Shown here: positions 1-13,674 of the stretch, one piece after another | Layout of the letters: every line of letters starts with the position of its first letter | Position numbering within the stretch: the stretch's first letter is position 1 | Origin: the human T2T-CHM13v2.0 reference genome, Homo sapiens | Assembly (NCBI RefSeq): GCF_009914755.1 | Contig: NC_060931.1 | DNA length: 64,000 nt | Direction: 5' to 3' (one strand) | Made by a program: the position numbers and the translations under genes | Notes under the pieces: generated by a model | What the model was told of the DNA's origin: nothing | Seen by the model: the letters and a program-made list of their open reading frames with translations, nothing else | Database searches by the model: none

Positions 1-3000
1 CCTTTGCATTCAGCAAGCAGCTTGGCAGGTCGTGGTTTTTTTCCTGGTGGAGTAATCCAAACCTTCATTCCTGAGGGGTCTGGGTCATTTGTAGTCCTGC
101 CTGGATTGGGGTGTTGTAGTTTCCCATCGACCTTAATCACAGGGCATAGTAATACTAAGAGACGCCCTAATGGATCTCCTGTATTCCATGCATACTCTTC
201 CTTACCTCCGTTGTGGAGTAGTAGACTGATTTCATCTTGATAGTCTGGGTCAGTCACCCCAGCCAACACTGTAACTCCCTTCTTAGCCTGTTGACTTAAA
301 GGTAGGAGGACCCCAAAGTGTCCAGGTGGCAATCTTAACTTCCAGTTTAATGGAATCATTGTTGTGTCTCCTGGTGGCAGTTTCCTCCCTCTGGAGCTAA
401 AACCTCTAGGCCAGCAGAACGTAATGTCACGGGAACAGGAAGCAAAAATTTTGCTACTAGATCACTAGGGGTGATGGTGAGTGGTGCCACTTCCACCCCT
501 TGATTCCTGGACCGGTGAATCCTGACTATGGGAAAAACAGTACCATATGTTGGATGCTGATTCAGAGCATACACGGCCTTCTGGAGAACTTTGCCCCAGC
601 CCTGCAAAGTATTGTCACCTAGTTGGCATTGTAATTGTGACTTCAAAAGGCCATTTCACCGTTCTATCAATCCAGCTGCTTCAGGATGATGGGGAACATG
701 GTAAGACCATGAGCATGAGCCCACTGCCACACTTCTTTAGCCATGAAATGAGTGCCTTGGTCAGAGGCAATGCTTTGTGGAATACCATGACGGTGGATGA
801 GGCATTCCATGAGTCCATGGATGGTAGTCTTGGCAGAAGCATTGCTTGCAGGATAGGCAAACCCTTATCTGGAGTAAGTGTCTATTCTAGTGAGGACAAA
901 CCTCTGCCCTTTCCATGACAGAAGAGGTCCAATACAATCAACCTGCCACCAGGTAGCTGGCTGATCACCCTGAGGAATGGTGCCTTATCCAGGGCTCAGT
1001 GTTGGTCTCTGCTGCTAGCAAATTGGGCACTCAGCAGTGGCCGTAGCCAGGTCAACCTTGGTGAGTGGAAGTCCATGTTACTGAGCCCATGCGTAACTTC
1101 CGTCCCTGCCACAGTGGCCACTTTGCTCATGGGCCCATTGGACAATGACAGAGGTGCTGGGGAAAGAGGCTGATTGGTGTCCACAGAACGGGTCATCCTA
1201 TCCACTTGATTATTAAACTCCTTCTCTGCTTTGGTCACCCACTGGTGAACACTCACATGGAGTACAAATATCTTCATAGTTTTTGACCACTCAGAGAGGT
1301 CCATCCACATACTTCTTTCCCCAATTTTTTTGTCACCAATTTTCCAATCATGCTTCTTCCAAGTCCCTGACCATCCAGCCAAATCATTGGCTATAGCCCA
1401 TGAATCAGTATTTAATCGCACATCTTACCATTTATCCTTCCATGCAAAGTACACAGCCAGGTGCACTGCTCAAAGTTCTGCCCACTGGGAAGATTTCCCT
1501 TCACTGCTGTCCTTCAGGGATGTCCTAGAAAGGGGCTGTAGTGCTGCAGCCATCCACTTTCAGGTGGTGCCTGCATATCGTGCAGAACCATCTGTAAACC
1601 AGGCCCTGGTCTTCTCTTCCTCTGTCAACTTATAGGGAGCTCCCCATGAGGCCATCAGTGCAGGCTGGGGGAAAGAAGCCAGGGTGGCAGGACTGGAGAC
1701 CATGGGCATTTGAGCCACTTCCTCATGTAACTTACTTGTGCCTTCAGGACCTGCTTGAGCCCGATCACGTATATACCACTTCCATTTGATGATGGAATGC
1801 TGCTGTGCACGACCCACTTTATGGCTTGATGGGTCAGAAAGCACTCAGTTCATGATAGGCAGTTGAGGTCGCATGGTGACTTGATGACCCATAGTCAAAC
1901 GTTCAGTTTCCACCAAAGACCAGTAACAGGCCAAGAGCTGTCTCTCAAAAGTAAAGTAGTTATCTGCAGAAGATGGCAGGGCCTTGCTCCAAAATCCTAA
2001 AGGCCTCCCCTGTGATTCATCTCTGGGAGCCTGCCAAAGGCACCAAACAGCATCCCCATCTGCCACTGACACCTCAAGCACCATTGGATCTGCTGGGTCA
2101 TATGGCCCAAGTGGCAGAGCAGCTTGCACAACAGCCTGGGCCTGTTGCAGAGCCTTCTCTTGTTCTGGACCCCACTAAAAACTGGGTGGGGTCCAGATAA
2201 ATGGGCAGGAATAACACACCCAAATGAGGAATGTGTTGCCTCCAAAATCCAAATAGACCCACTAGGCATTGTGCTTCTTGGTTGTAGGAGGGGCCAAATG
2301 AAGCAACTTATCCTTCACCTAAGAAGGAATATCTCAACAGGTCCCACAGCACTGGATCCTTGGAATTTTACTGAGGTAGAAGTTCCCTGAATTTTAATCA
2401 GATTTATTTCCCGTCCTCTGGCACACAAATGTCTCACCAATAAGTCCACTGCATTTGCTACTTCTTGCTCACTGGATCCAATCAGCATAATGTCATCAAT
2501 GTAATGGACCAATGTGATATCTTGTGGAAGCAAAAAGCGATCAAGGTCTCTCCGAATAAGATTATGACTCAAAGCCAGAGAATAGATATACCTCTGGGGT
2601 AGGACAGTAAAGGTATATTGCTGTCCCAGCCAGCTGCAGGCAAATTGCTTCTGGCGGGCCTTATGGACAGGAATGGAGAAAAAGGCACTTGCCAAGTCAA
2701 TGACCACGTACCAGGTACCAGAAGATGTGTTAATTTGCTCGAGCAATGAAACCACATCTAGTACAGCAGCTGCAATTGGAGTCACCACTTGGTTAAGCTT
2801 ACGATAATCCACTGACATTCTCCAAGATTCATCTGTCTTCTGCACAGGTCAAATGCGAGAGTTGAACAGGGATGTGGTGGGAATCACCACTCCTTTGTCT
2901 TTCAAGTCCTTGATGATGGCACTGATCTCCACAATCCCTCCAGGGATGTGATATTGTTTTTGACTTACTATTTTTCTAGGTAGAGGCAGCTCTAATGGCT

Positions 3001-5205
3001 TCCATTTGTCCTTTCCCACCATAGTAACGGTCACCCTACCAGTCAGGGAGCCACTGTGGGGGTTCTGCCAGCTACTAAGTATGTCTATGCCAATTATGCA
3101 TTCTGGCACTGGGGAAGTGACCACAGGATGAGTCTGGGGGCCCACTGTAAGTCAGGCCTGAGCTAAAACTTCATTAGTTACCTGACCTCCATAAGCCCCT
3201 ACTTTAACTGGAGGACCACAATGACATTTTGGGTGCCCTGGAATCAATATCAGCTCAGAGCCAGTGTCCAGTAGTCCCCGAAATGTCTGATCATTTCCCT
3301 TTCCCCAGTGCACAGTTACCCTAGTAAAAGGCCAGAGGTCTTCTTGGGGAAGGATGGGAGAAAAATTCACTGCATAAATTGTTGGTAATGTAGTGGGGTC
3401 CTTCCTCAAGGGAACCCGGCCTCCCCTTCATTCAGGGGGTTCCAGGTCTATTAACTGGCTCAAGTCTGGAAATTGAGAGGCCATGATTCTCTGTTTTTAT
3501 AATTCAAATTAGTCTTTCGTCCATTCGACCTACAAGTTTTCTGCTTGTATAAAGTAGGAATATAGTAGGCTTCCTATCAGTTTCACTTCTAGAAACACTG
3601 TGATTAATTAGCCAATGCCACAGCTCTACATGAGTCAGACTATTCTGATTGCTCCTTTGCCTCTGCCATCCATTATGGTAGCTATGCTCACCTTGCCTTT
3701 GATGGTCGAGTGCTTCCACTTGGCCCCTGCCACCTCGGGATCCAATTATTCCCATTGTATTTAAATTTTGTAGTTGAGTGACTGTGGTTCCCACCATTAG
3801 CTCTGGCATAAGGAGAAAAGCAATTACAGGACTCTTCAAAGATGCAGTTGCTGCCTTCATAAATCTATTTTATAATGCATTGGTCAAGGGTGTATCTGCT
3901 GGACCCTCCCAGCTGGGATGAGTAGATCTAAAGTGACTAATCCACTCCACCATCCCAATCTCCCTAAGCCTTTGGATCCCTTCCTCTACATTAAACCAAG
4001 GGAGAGCAGGCATTTCCAGCTCACTCAGAGTGGGCCATCTTTTAATCCATAATTCAGCTGACCAAATAAACTATTAGAACCTTTTTTAACTCCCCAAGCT
4101 GCAACATTGAACGCAGAGCCCCTACTTAGTGGGCCTAAATCAATAAATTGAGCCTGATCCAACTCTGTGTTCCTTCCTCCATCATCCCATACCCTTAATA
4201 TCCATTCCCATGCCTGTTCTCCAGATTGCTGTTTATATAAATTAGAGGACTCAAATAGTTCTTTTTGAGTGTAGCACACCTCCTCATGGGTCACACTCTC
4301 AACCTCACCTCTAGGGGCCTGCCAGGACTTTCGTCTAGTTATAGGTCTAGAACCAAACAAAGGTGTTGAGGGTAGCTTCTGAGGAGAAGCAATATTATCT
4401 TGCCTGGCAACTGTTTCAGGGCAACTGCCATCACTGTTGCTTCAGGCAGTGCAGGGTTTATCTCCTCAGACAAAGGTGGAAAGGCTGATGGCAGCATGGG
4501 TCAGGGAGGAGATATTGCCACTACTGGGGATGGGGAAACTGTTCCTCCTGGCAAAAAAGGTTCATCAGAGTTTACAAACTCAGTGTGCCCAGCTTCACCA
4601 GGGTCCTCCCACATGTCCCCATTCCAAGTTTCAGGGTCCCATTCTTTTCCAATAAATGCCCTCACTTTAACAGTAGACACCTGACAAGGCTGTAAATGCA
4701 TCTTTCATTGCAGTTCAGCCATTCACATGACAAAAGCTTGTGTCTGTTTTTCCACAATTTCAGCTCTTTCTCTGCAGGAGATAAGACTCTCACTCAGGGC
4801 AATCTTAGCAGATTTGAGGCTCAGTATCTGCTTCTGAAGCTGGGAGACAGAATCCCTGAGTTCATCATTTTCTTTCATCACTTTGTCCACTGAACTTCGG
4901 AGCAACCAACCAGCTTCCTTATGTTCCTTGGTTCTCCACATATGGTCAAAGGTATTATGTATAGTCACTAAACTCCTTGCCTCTCATGAGTGGTGAATCA
5001 GGAATGTCAAATGCATTTATTTTGCATAACTCTCTAAACAGTTTCCACCAAGGACTATCAGTGTTCTCTATACTATTAGAAGTAGATTTCTTAGCATTTT
5101 TGGATCTAATCATATTAAGCAGCCAACTCCAGAAATCTCAAAACCACTGAAAGAACTCCATCCTTAATATTCTGTTCCTCTAGAACCACTCCTGGTACCC
5201 AAATC
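1..5205 (-). mobile_element. HERV-L (ERVL) internal region, defective: gag ~5115-3420, protease, RT, RNase H, integrase, dUTPase (~110-420); continues past the window start
   Basis: Minus-strand ORF fragments carry LLDTGS (protease, 3152-3409), LPQ..YIDD (RT, 2315-2845), WFTDGS (RNase H, 1560-1844), integrase-like 356-646 and ERVL gag-like QAWEWILRVWD. Many stops and frameshifts. A dUTPase after integrase is typical of ERV-L. Confidence 0.95.
5186..5200 (-). promoter_or_regulatory. Primer-binding site (tRNA-Leu type) of HERV-L
   Basis: Minus strand reads GGGTACCAGGAGTGG a few nt after the LTR end (...CTAATACA GATTT), near the HERV-L TGGTACCAGGAGTGG Leu PBS. Confidence 0.75.
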
Positions 5206-5262
5206 TGTATTAGTCAGGGTTCTCTTAGAGGGATAGAACTAATAGGAAATATATATATATTA
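5206..5262 (-). mobile_element. Remnant 3' end (~55 bp) of the 5' MLT2A LTR
   Basis: TGTATTAGTCAGGGTTCTC..AGAGGGATAGAACTAATAGGA(TA)n is the reverse complement of the MLT2A terminus. Similarity stops at the TA run. Confidence 0.8.
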
Positions 5263-5795
5263 ACCTTCACACCCTCCATAACCATGTAGCCTTTCCTTCT
5301 TGCTTAGGGGATACAGGGTTCTCTGTATCTCAAGTGGAGAGCAATGGAGTAGAAGCATGAGAAGCTGGTGCTGTGCTGCCTGATAGAACCCTTGACCTTA
5401 ATGTTTCATCCCATCTTCAACTTTGCCCTACTCTCAATAGTAATTTCATGTGCCCACACTGTGACATTCTCAGACATTCTCATCCATTTCCTTACTTGGT
5501 CAGTGGCAATTCAATTTTCAGTTCAACAAATGTGTGGTGAGTATCTATTCTGTGTCAGATACTGGAGGCAGGAGTGAGAAGCAGCTTTTACAAAGAAGTT
5601 AGAGTTTGAGAGCAGGGGAATCATGTGCACATCACAAAACTAGCTGAGGCTCAAACAGTCCTCCTGCCCCAGCCTCCCAAGTAGCTAGGATTACAGGCAT
5701 GTGCCACTATGCCCAGCTTCTGCCCAAGGGCCTTCTCTGCAGCCTATACAGGGCAGCCAGGAATTGTAGGGAATCAGTGTGTTCCTCTAGTTTAG

Positions 5796-6215
<420 letters not shown>

Positions 6216-6576
6216 TTATATTGGGCATGTAAGACTGGGAAAGAGGTCATTTTGTATTGTGCCTGTAAGGATGACTAGGAATTGAATATGTAGGGAGACA
6301 GAGGGAACTCCTTGAGGAAAGGCAGAAAGACAGGACAGTATGGGCTGTGTGTGGAGGACAGAGGGGATGTTGAAGGTGAGGCTATAGACTGGGTTCAGGC
6401 CAGAACATTTTGGGTCCTTTTCCCATACCTTATTCTTTCTCAGTGAAATAAGGAAAGCTTTTGGAGAAAATAATTTTGGCAGGGGAGCTGAGATCAGAGG
6501 TGGATATGCTATGAGGAGCCTTTCCAGGAAGGGTGGCAATAGCTGACACTGGATGTATATGGCCTTTTATTCCCAG

Positions 6577-6711
6577 TGCAGGGCAAGGAATGGCTGGAGT
6601 TGGAAGAAGATGCCCAAAAGGCCTATATAATGGGACTCTTGGACCGGCTAGAGGTGGTCAGTAGGGAACGGCGGCTGAAGGTGGCCCGGGCTGTTCTCTA
6701 CCTGGCCCAAG
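6577..6711 (+). CDS. STRIP2: STRIP2 coding exon (approx. exon 4): (V)QGKEWLELEEDAQKAYIMGLLDRLEVVSRERRLKVARAVLYLAQ
   Basis: tcccag acceptor, gtgagt donor, 135 bp; peptide recognised as STRIP2/FAM40B. Confidence 0.95.
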
Positions 6712-7524
6712 GTGAGTGACCACCCTTGCTAGCTTTAGGGGGTGGAGGCTTGAGAGGGAAGTGGGCATTATCAGGACTGAGATGACGCAGGCTGTGCTGG
6801 GAAAGCAAGGTTTCTTGCCTCTCAAGGACAGATCTTGTCATGTGCTAGGAGTAACCTGTGCTTATGAGGAAGATGAGATAGTGTTGAGTGCTGTTCTAGA
6901 TCCCTCGGGATCTGCCTTTATCTTACCAGGTATGTCAGAATTTTTTATAGGGTTCTTCTTTTCCCTACCCTGTACTATAATCATATGTGAATACTAGCAA
7001 GAGGTGTGGCCAGAGCTGATATGTACCACCAGCTGATCATGGAGACAAGACATCAACTGTGGCCTGGCCCCAAAACTGAGGAGAAATAGGAGAGTGTCAC
7101 AGATACACATGGACCCCTTGCATTGTTTCTCATTGGCATTTTGAAAGTTCAAGCCAACATAACTGCGGGAGTGGATGCTGTGAGTAATTTGGAGATGATC
7201 AGAACTAAATAGAGTAATTGGGGAAAGCTGCTCAGAAGAAACCTGTTAGCCAGGTGTTGGAAAGGGAAATGAGATAGCCTAGCTGGAGTGAAAATAAGCC
7301 TACGATCATAAATATAAGGCGTGTTAACAGAACCAACCAGTTGGGAGCTAAAAAAAAAATTGTAAAATAAAAAAATAATAAATGAAGAGGGGAAAGGGTG
7401 GACATTAGGTGAAGAGAAGACTAGCAAATAGGACTGTGCCCTCCTGTATCTCTTGGGTCTGGTGCTCTGGCCAACTTCCAACTGCCAGTACCTTCATATG
7501 TTTGCCCAAGGACTTTATTTATCT

Positions 7525-7648
7525 AAGTTTTTTAAAAGAAAGTCTCACTGTGTTTCCCTGGCTGGTCTTGAACTCATAGGCTCGAGCTATCCTCCTGCTC
7601 CAGCCTCCTAAGTAGCTAGGATTATAGGCATGTGCCACCATGCTCAGC
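7525..7648 (-). mobile_element. Alu monomer (FLAM-like) inside an older LTR-like tract (~7490-7975)
   Basis: Antisense Alu left-arm motifs; degenerate TSD tgcccaagg / tgctcaagg. Confidence 0.7.
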
Positions 7649-8189
7649 TTCTGCTCAAGGGCCTTCTCTGCAGCCCATACAGGGCATCCAGGAAGTGTAG
7701 GGAATCAGTGTGCTCCTTTAGTTTAGCACCCTCATCCAATGACTAACAGGAGTTAGTGGATGGATAGCCTGACTGTCTCACCCCTCTTGGATAGAATAAC
7801 TGTGAGTTGTGTGTTTCATACTGTTTCCAAATTATCCCCTGAGTGAACTCTTTGGGCTTCCTTTTCTTCCCTATCTCTACTGATGATTCCTGGGAATGAT
7901 TCCCAAATAAGCTACTTGCACTGGAATCCTTACTTACCTCAGGATCTGCTTCTGGGAGAACTCACCCTTAAGACGATAGGCCATTGATGAGCACATTGGA
8001 CCTAACCCTGGAGACTACCTCTCCTCTCCCCTGACTCATTCCAGGAAGTTCTTGGGGCCCCTGTCATACCTATGTCAGCCTAATTATTAGGCAGAGTATT
8101 ATAGGAAAATCTTAAGATCATGGGGCAGGGTGGAAAGAACTGGGATACTGCCACCCCTCAACCCCTGTAACAACTGTCTGGTCCTTTAG

Positions 8190-8310
8190 GTACTTTTGGG
8201 GAATGTGATTCAGAGGTCGATGTGCTACACTGGTCCAGGTACAACTGCTTCCTGCTGTATCAGATGGGGACCTTCTCCACCTTCCTGGAGCTACTCCACA
8301 TGGAAATTGA
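8190..8310 (+). CDS. STRIP2: STRIP2 exon: GTFGECDSEVDVLHWSRYNCFLLYQMGTFSTFLELLHMEI
   Basis: ctttag acceptor, gtgaga donor, 121 bp, phase consistent. Confidence 0.95.
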
Positions 8311-9104
8311 GTGAGAAGCCTTAGGGGAAGGGCTGGCCTACATAACCCCCATTCCTTAAAGGGGCCTCATGTTCTATGCTGCTTCCCTCACTATAGAGAC
8401 CCCCTGTGAGGAACTGGGTCTACTCACACCTCAGCCCAAAGCTCATTGACAGTTCCCCTCCATCCAGCCATGTTCTCTGATATTCTGTTCTCCCTCCCTG
8501 AGGTTGGATACATCTGCAGCTTCTGCCTCACTTACAGCTTTAATCCTGGGCTTCAGGGGCCTATCCTGAGTGGGTTCTCTTTTTATTCAAGGACTTTCTT
8601 AGCTCAGCCTAACTCTGGAATTCAAGAGGGAAACTATTTTGAATGCATGACCCAAGAAAGACAGGAAATCAATTCCTGTCATTGTGCCCAATTCTTTCCC
8701 TCATGGGCTATAGTTCTAGAGGTGGCCTTATTTGCTGCTACCACTACAGTGACCCCTTGTTTTGTCTCATGCCCATCACCCAGGAGTTTGAGATAGGGTG
8801 CAATCTGCTTATTATTCATCAGGTGTTTCTTAGCATCTGTTTTATGTCCAGCACAGTTCTAAGCATAGTGGGGAATGCAAGAGGAGTGGATACCACAGAT
8901 CCTGCCCTTGCCTTGTCTTCACCATAGATGAGAGTTTGCTGAGGTGGCAGGGGAATTCTGTCAGCTCCTTTACTCTAGACCAGTTTCATTAGTGGCTGCC
9001 TAGCCAGGGAATGGCAAGCACTCATATTTGTGTGAGTGATAAGTAAGAGCACAGAGAGAAAAGAAGTCTTATGCATTCCTGTTCTTTTTCTCCTCCCCTG
9101 GCAG

Positions 9105-9173
9105 CAACAGCCAGGCCTGTAGCAGTGCCCTTCGGAAACCAGCTGTCTCCATAGCTGATAGCACAGAGCTCAG
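9105..9173 (+). CDS. STRIP2: STRIP2 exon: (D)NSQACSSALRKPAVSIADSTEL(R)
   Basis: Polypyrimidine tract plus gcag acceptor, gtgagt donor, 69 bp. Confidence 0.93.
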
Positions 9174-9383
9174 GTGAGTGGGGCTAACTATGGGCTTGGA
9201 ACAGGGCAGATGATTAGCACCTGGGTTACCTTTTCCCCAAATCCCAGATGACTCAGACCATTAGGAAGTTGCCCTGTAGCTAATCTCACTGGGTTGGGCT
9301 TCCCACAGAGACCATCCCTGAGGTCTGTGACTATGGGCTGGGAATTGCCTTGGGAACCTCTTGTGACTCTTCTGTAACCCCAG

Positions 9384-9490
9384 GGTGCTGCTGAGTGTTA
9401 TGTACCTAATGGTGGAAAATATTCGCCTGGAGCGAGAGACAGACCCCTGTGGGTGGAGAACAGCCCGGGAGACCTTCCGCACTGAATTAA
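9384..9490 (+). CDS. STRIP2: STRIP2 exon: VLLSVMYLMVENIRLERETDPCGWRTARETFRTEL
   Basis: ccccag acceptor, gtaaga donor, 107 bp. Confidence 0.95.
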
Positions 9491-10206
9491 GTAAGAAATG
9501 GCACTTGAGGAAGGTGTGGATGGGGTGCTAATGGGAGAGGGGAAGCAGAGCATCTGCCTAGGAGAGGCAGACAGTCGTTTTTTCTTTTGTTTTCTTTTTT
9601 AAAATTAATGTCCTTTCTTTTAGGACACAGATACTGCATGGCAGGCACAAGGGCTGGGCTTGATTGCCGCCCTGTATCTATGAGCTAAGACCAGCCATGT
9701 AACTTCTCTATGCCTTGGTTTCCTTGGTTATAAGTGGGGATAGCCATTCCTCTCCCACTCTATCACGAGTCCCACATGAAAAAATGAGTTGAATCACCTT
9801 GAAAACTGAGTTCTGTTCAAATGTAAGTTGGTGTTGTCATCTGACAGGGATAGGATATGAAGGACTATGGGATTTTAAAAATATATTTATTGATGTGGAA
9901 AAGTGAATGACATTGAGTCCTTTAGCCAGAAAGCAATGTCTTCATTATTGTTACTTCTAGTTTGGCATCCAACCCCAAAGCGTCACCCTAAGCTCTGGGG
10001 CCTATGCCATTTTAATTCCATGGCGTCCCTTCCTGCCCTTGAGGGGCTTCCTTCTGGGGGCTAAGCCTCCTTCTCAGGACCAAGTACTCTGGTATTCTTC
10101 AGGGGAGGTGAGTGCCTTCCTGTGTGTGTCCAGAATCAGGGTTACATGAAAAAGGTTTTAGCTGCCTCATCCTCACTTTCTCACTCCCCTCTCTCCTCAC
10201 CCCTAG

Positions 10207-10334
10207 GCTTCTCCATGCATAATGAGGAGCCTTTTGCCCTTTTACTCTTCTCCATGGTTACCAAGTTCTGCAGTGGCCTGGCTCCTCACTTCCCCATAAA
10301 GAAGGTCCTGCTCCTGCTCTGGAAGGTGGTCATG
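10207..10334 (+). CDS. STRIP2: STRIP2 exon: (S)[42 protein letters not shown]
   Basis: ccctag acceptor, gtgagt donor, 128 bp; lies in ORF 10122-10511. Confidence 0.96.
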
Positions 10335-10749
10335 GTGAGTAATTCTCCCCACTCCCACATTATCAGATCAGCAATGCCCTATGCCACCTCAGTTTCTTCT
10401 AGTCTCATTCCAGGAGGCTGGATCCAGGGAGCAGAACAGGCAGCCCTTAGCCAACTGCTAATATGGAGGGGCAACAAGGCTGTCCTAGAGACATCAGATG
10501 TTCTATGTTAGAATGGGTTTCATGTTTCTATTGGATGGATGGGAGATGCCACTCCATAAATTGGGGATGTCAGTGGTACCTTCTCTTATTAAAGCCAATG
10601 TTTGATGGAGAGAACACTGGTTGAAAGTTGGTAGATCTGGGCTTTGCTGATACTGAGAAACTTTGGGCAACTCTCTGTGCCTCAATTTCTCTAGCTGTAA
10701 AAGGTTGGGGTGAGTGCCTGCCCTCCCTCCAGATAAACAGAGGTTTTGT

Positions 10750-10897
10750 ATTTTTTTTTTAATAAAAATAATTTTTTCTTACAGACAGGCCTCCCTGTGT
10801 TGCCTGGGCTGGTCTTGAACTCCTGGTCTCAAGCAATCCTTTCACCTTGGCTTCCCAAAATGTTGGGATTACAGGCATGAGCCATTGTGCCTGGCCA
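10750..10897 (-). mobile_element. Alu monomer (FLAM-like)
   Basis: Antisense left-arm Alu sequence with a T-rich tail. Confidence 0.8.
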
Positions 10898-11401
10898 GGA
10901 TTTGCTTTTTAAAAAATAATGAAGTTCTTATAAATATGTGGTTACATTTCTGTTACTAGTTATTCAACCTGATCCTTCATTTTTGGCTCCCATCTCACAA
11001 GGCAGGCCTAATAGGGGGAACTGCCTCTTGACTGCAGAGGAAATTGAGTGACTCTGGGGGTTTATAGCACCTGGATGGTGTTCCTTAAAAAAGTCGATAG
11101 TTTCTTTTTTTTTTTTTTTTTTTTTTTTGAGGAGGCCCGCAGGAATTCCTTTCCTAAATTCTGTGATATTTCCCATACTGGGGCAGTAAATAATGCCTTA
11201 TCCTGACCCCTGAGCTCCTCAGTTGCCGTGGGGATGGTAATCATATTTGCCTCTTTATGTTTTACTACCTCCTTATTAAGGAAAAGGTCTGAAGGGACTG
11301 GAGGTTGTGGCCCTTTCTTTTCATCCATGTTTCCCTGACCTTGGCTCTCTCTTACTTCCCTTCCTTCCTCTCTCTCTGCCCCTTTCCTGTTTCTTCCTTA
11401 G

Positions 11402-11605
11402 TTTACCCTCGGTGGATTTGAGCATCTGCAGACTCTCAAAGTACAGAAGCGGGCAGAATTGGGCCTGCCTCCACTGGCTGAAGACAGTATCCAGGTGGTG
11501 AAGAGCATGCGTGCTGCCTCCCCGCCCTCTTACACTCTTGACCTGGGAGAGTCTCAGCTGGCACCCCCACCCTCCAAGCTGCGAGGCCGCCGTGGCTCTC
11601 GAAGG
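11402..11605 (+). CDS. STRIP2: STRIP2 exon: FTLGGFEHLQTLKVQKRAELGLPPLAEDS...KLRGRRGSRR
   Basis: Long pyrimidine tract plus tag acceptor, gtatgg donor, 204 bp. Confidence 0.96.
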
Positions 11606-12095
11606 GTATGGACTGAAGCAGACAATGGTATTGGGACACCGACTGGCCAAAAATCAAGATTCTAAGTTACTCTGGGTGTGGTAGGAAAAAGCAGTAAATG
11701 ACCCGGCTCATCCTGCCCAGGTTGGCCCTATGACCAACCTGAAATCTTAGGGTCTCTAGTTTGGCCTCTGTCCCTCAGCCCTGACAGCCCCCTGCGCTGT
11801 TGTGATGTGACACTGTGATATCATGTCATATATAGCCATGTCTTGCTACAGAATCATTGGCCTGGACCTCAGTGCCTGGAGTTCCTTACATTCTGAACAA
11901 CAATTAAGGGTATAATCCTGGGGATAGGGACCCAGGATACCGGAACAGGTCTCCAAGCAAATCCATTTTTCTGGGGTAAGGCATTTTACTATTTTGAAGC
12001 ACCAGGAAGTTTTACTGTCAGCCAGCCACACTCTTAACTGGCCCTGGAACCAAAGGCTTACATTTAAGAGATGACTGGGTAGGGGTCTATGTATA

Positions 12096-12423
12096 TAACC
12101 ATGTGACACTAAACGACAGGGATACAATCTGAAAAATGTGTCATTATGCAATTTTGTCACTGAGCAAACATCATAGAGTGTACTTACACAAACCCAGATG
12201 GTATAGCCTACTGCACACCTAGGCATATAGCCTATTGTTCCTAGACTACAAACCTGTACAGCAGGTTACTATACCGAACACCATATGCAATTGTAACCCA
12301 ATGGTGTTTGTGTATCTCAACCTAGAAAAGGCCAATAAAAATACAGTATTATAATCTTATGGGTCCACAATTACATATGCAGTCCATTGTTGACTGAAGC
12401 ATCGTTGTGCAGCACATGACTAT
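12096..12423 (+). mobile_element. Tigger3/MER7-family non-autonomous DNA transposon
   Basis: CATAGAGTGTACTTACACAAACC-AGATGGTATAGCCTAC core with degenerate TIRs; homologous to 49298-50103. Confidence 0.8.
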
Positions 12424-13177
12424 AGTCTGCTGTCCTGAAAAGGTCAGAATGAAAAGTTATACTGAGATCTGACCATGTTCTTACAAACTCCCCTGCCTGA
12501 CCCACTTCAGTTTATCAACAGGGCTAGATAGTAGTGCTCAGTAATCCAGTCTCCATTATCTGCAATAAAATTTTTTAACTTTATTTTTGTTTTATAAAGT
12601 AATGCTTACTCATTGTAGAAAATTTGGAACAAATATAAAAATGTGATGAAGGGAGAAAAGAAAAATCACCCACAATCTTAACAACCAGAGACAGTCACTG
12701 TTAACTTTTTGGCCTATTTCTGTCCAATCTTTTTTTCTTTGTCACAAGATTTAAAATTCCAAACTTGCTTCCCTCTGCCTAGCAGCAAGCTTCTGTCCTC
12801 CTCTTCCTCAGTCAGCCAGCTGGTGTATGCTCACAGAAGGCAAACTAATTGAATGTTCACCTAAGCAGAGCATAATTAGGAAGGAAAGTGCTGGCAAAAA
12901 AAGGCATCACTGCTTTCTGAAAGCTAAGTAATTGTGACTTTGGGATTATCTATGCTATGTTCCCTGGCTAATGGCAGGGTTACCTGAGAACTTCTTGTCC
13001 TGTTATTGGGCCGGGTGGGGACAGTAGGTTAAGGTGGGGAATTGGATGTTTTCGCAAGGGCTGTGTTCAGATTCCATGTTCCCTGAAATGTGGAGGCCTG
13101 TGGATATGGGGTGGCCTCAGACAAGGATGCCCAGAGTGAGATCTCTGCATGCCTACCCTCCCTTCTTTCCCCTCCAG

Positions 13178-13413
13178 CAACTCCTCACTAAGCAGGACAG
13201 CCTGGACATCTACAATGAAAGGGATCTCTTCAAGACTGAGGAGCCCGCCACAGAGGAGGAAGAGGAGTCTGCTGGTGATGGAGAACGAACCTTGGATGGA
13301 GAGCTAGACCTGCTAGAGCAGGACCCTCTGGTGCCACCTCCACCCTCACAGGCACCCCTCTCTGCTGAGCGGGTGGCTTTTCCCAAGGGCCTGCCCTGGG
13401 CCCCAAAGGTCAG
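13178..13413 (+). CDS. STRIP2: STRIP2 exon: QLLTKQDSLDIYNERDLFKTEEPATEEEEES...KGLPWAPKV(R)
   Basis: ctccag acceptor, gtaggt donor, 236 bp. Confidence 0.96.
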
Positions 13414-13674
13414 GTAGGTTTGATAGCATCAGGGACCCCTATGCTTCGGGGTTTCAGTCTCCAAAGGCCCAAGATGGGGTAGTCTATGTATTCAAGGCTC
13501 GTTAAGTTGGTCTGGCAGTCAGAACTCCTGGGTTTGAAATTCCTTCTGTTGATTGCTGCCCTTTTCCACTGCTCCAGTCCTCTGATTGGAGGGATAGGAG
13601 CCCGGAAAGTTTTTCTCTCTCAAAGTTTGCTTTTCTTCCCTTCTCTGGGATTGGTCTTTCCACCATCCTCTCAG

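Noticed and set aside
356-4968. HERV-L as a functional or domesticated gag/pol gene
   Set aside because: It is broken into fragments of 176 aa or less by stops and frameshifts, and the 5' LTR is lost.
5310-5329. Short hairpin GATACAG-N6-CTGTATC
   Set aside because: A 7-bp stem is within chance expectation for 64 kb.
11105-11128. Isolated T24 run followed by GAGGAGGCCCGCAGG as a truncated retro-insertion
   Set aside because: No TSD and no recognisable source sequence; treated as a mononucleotide repeat.
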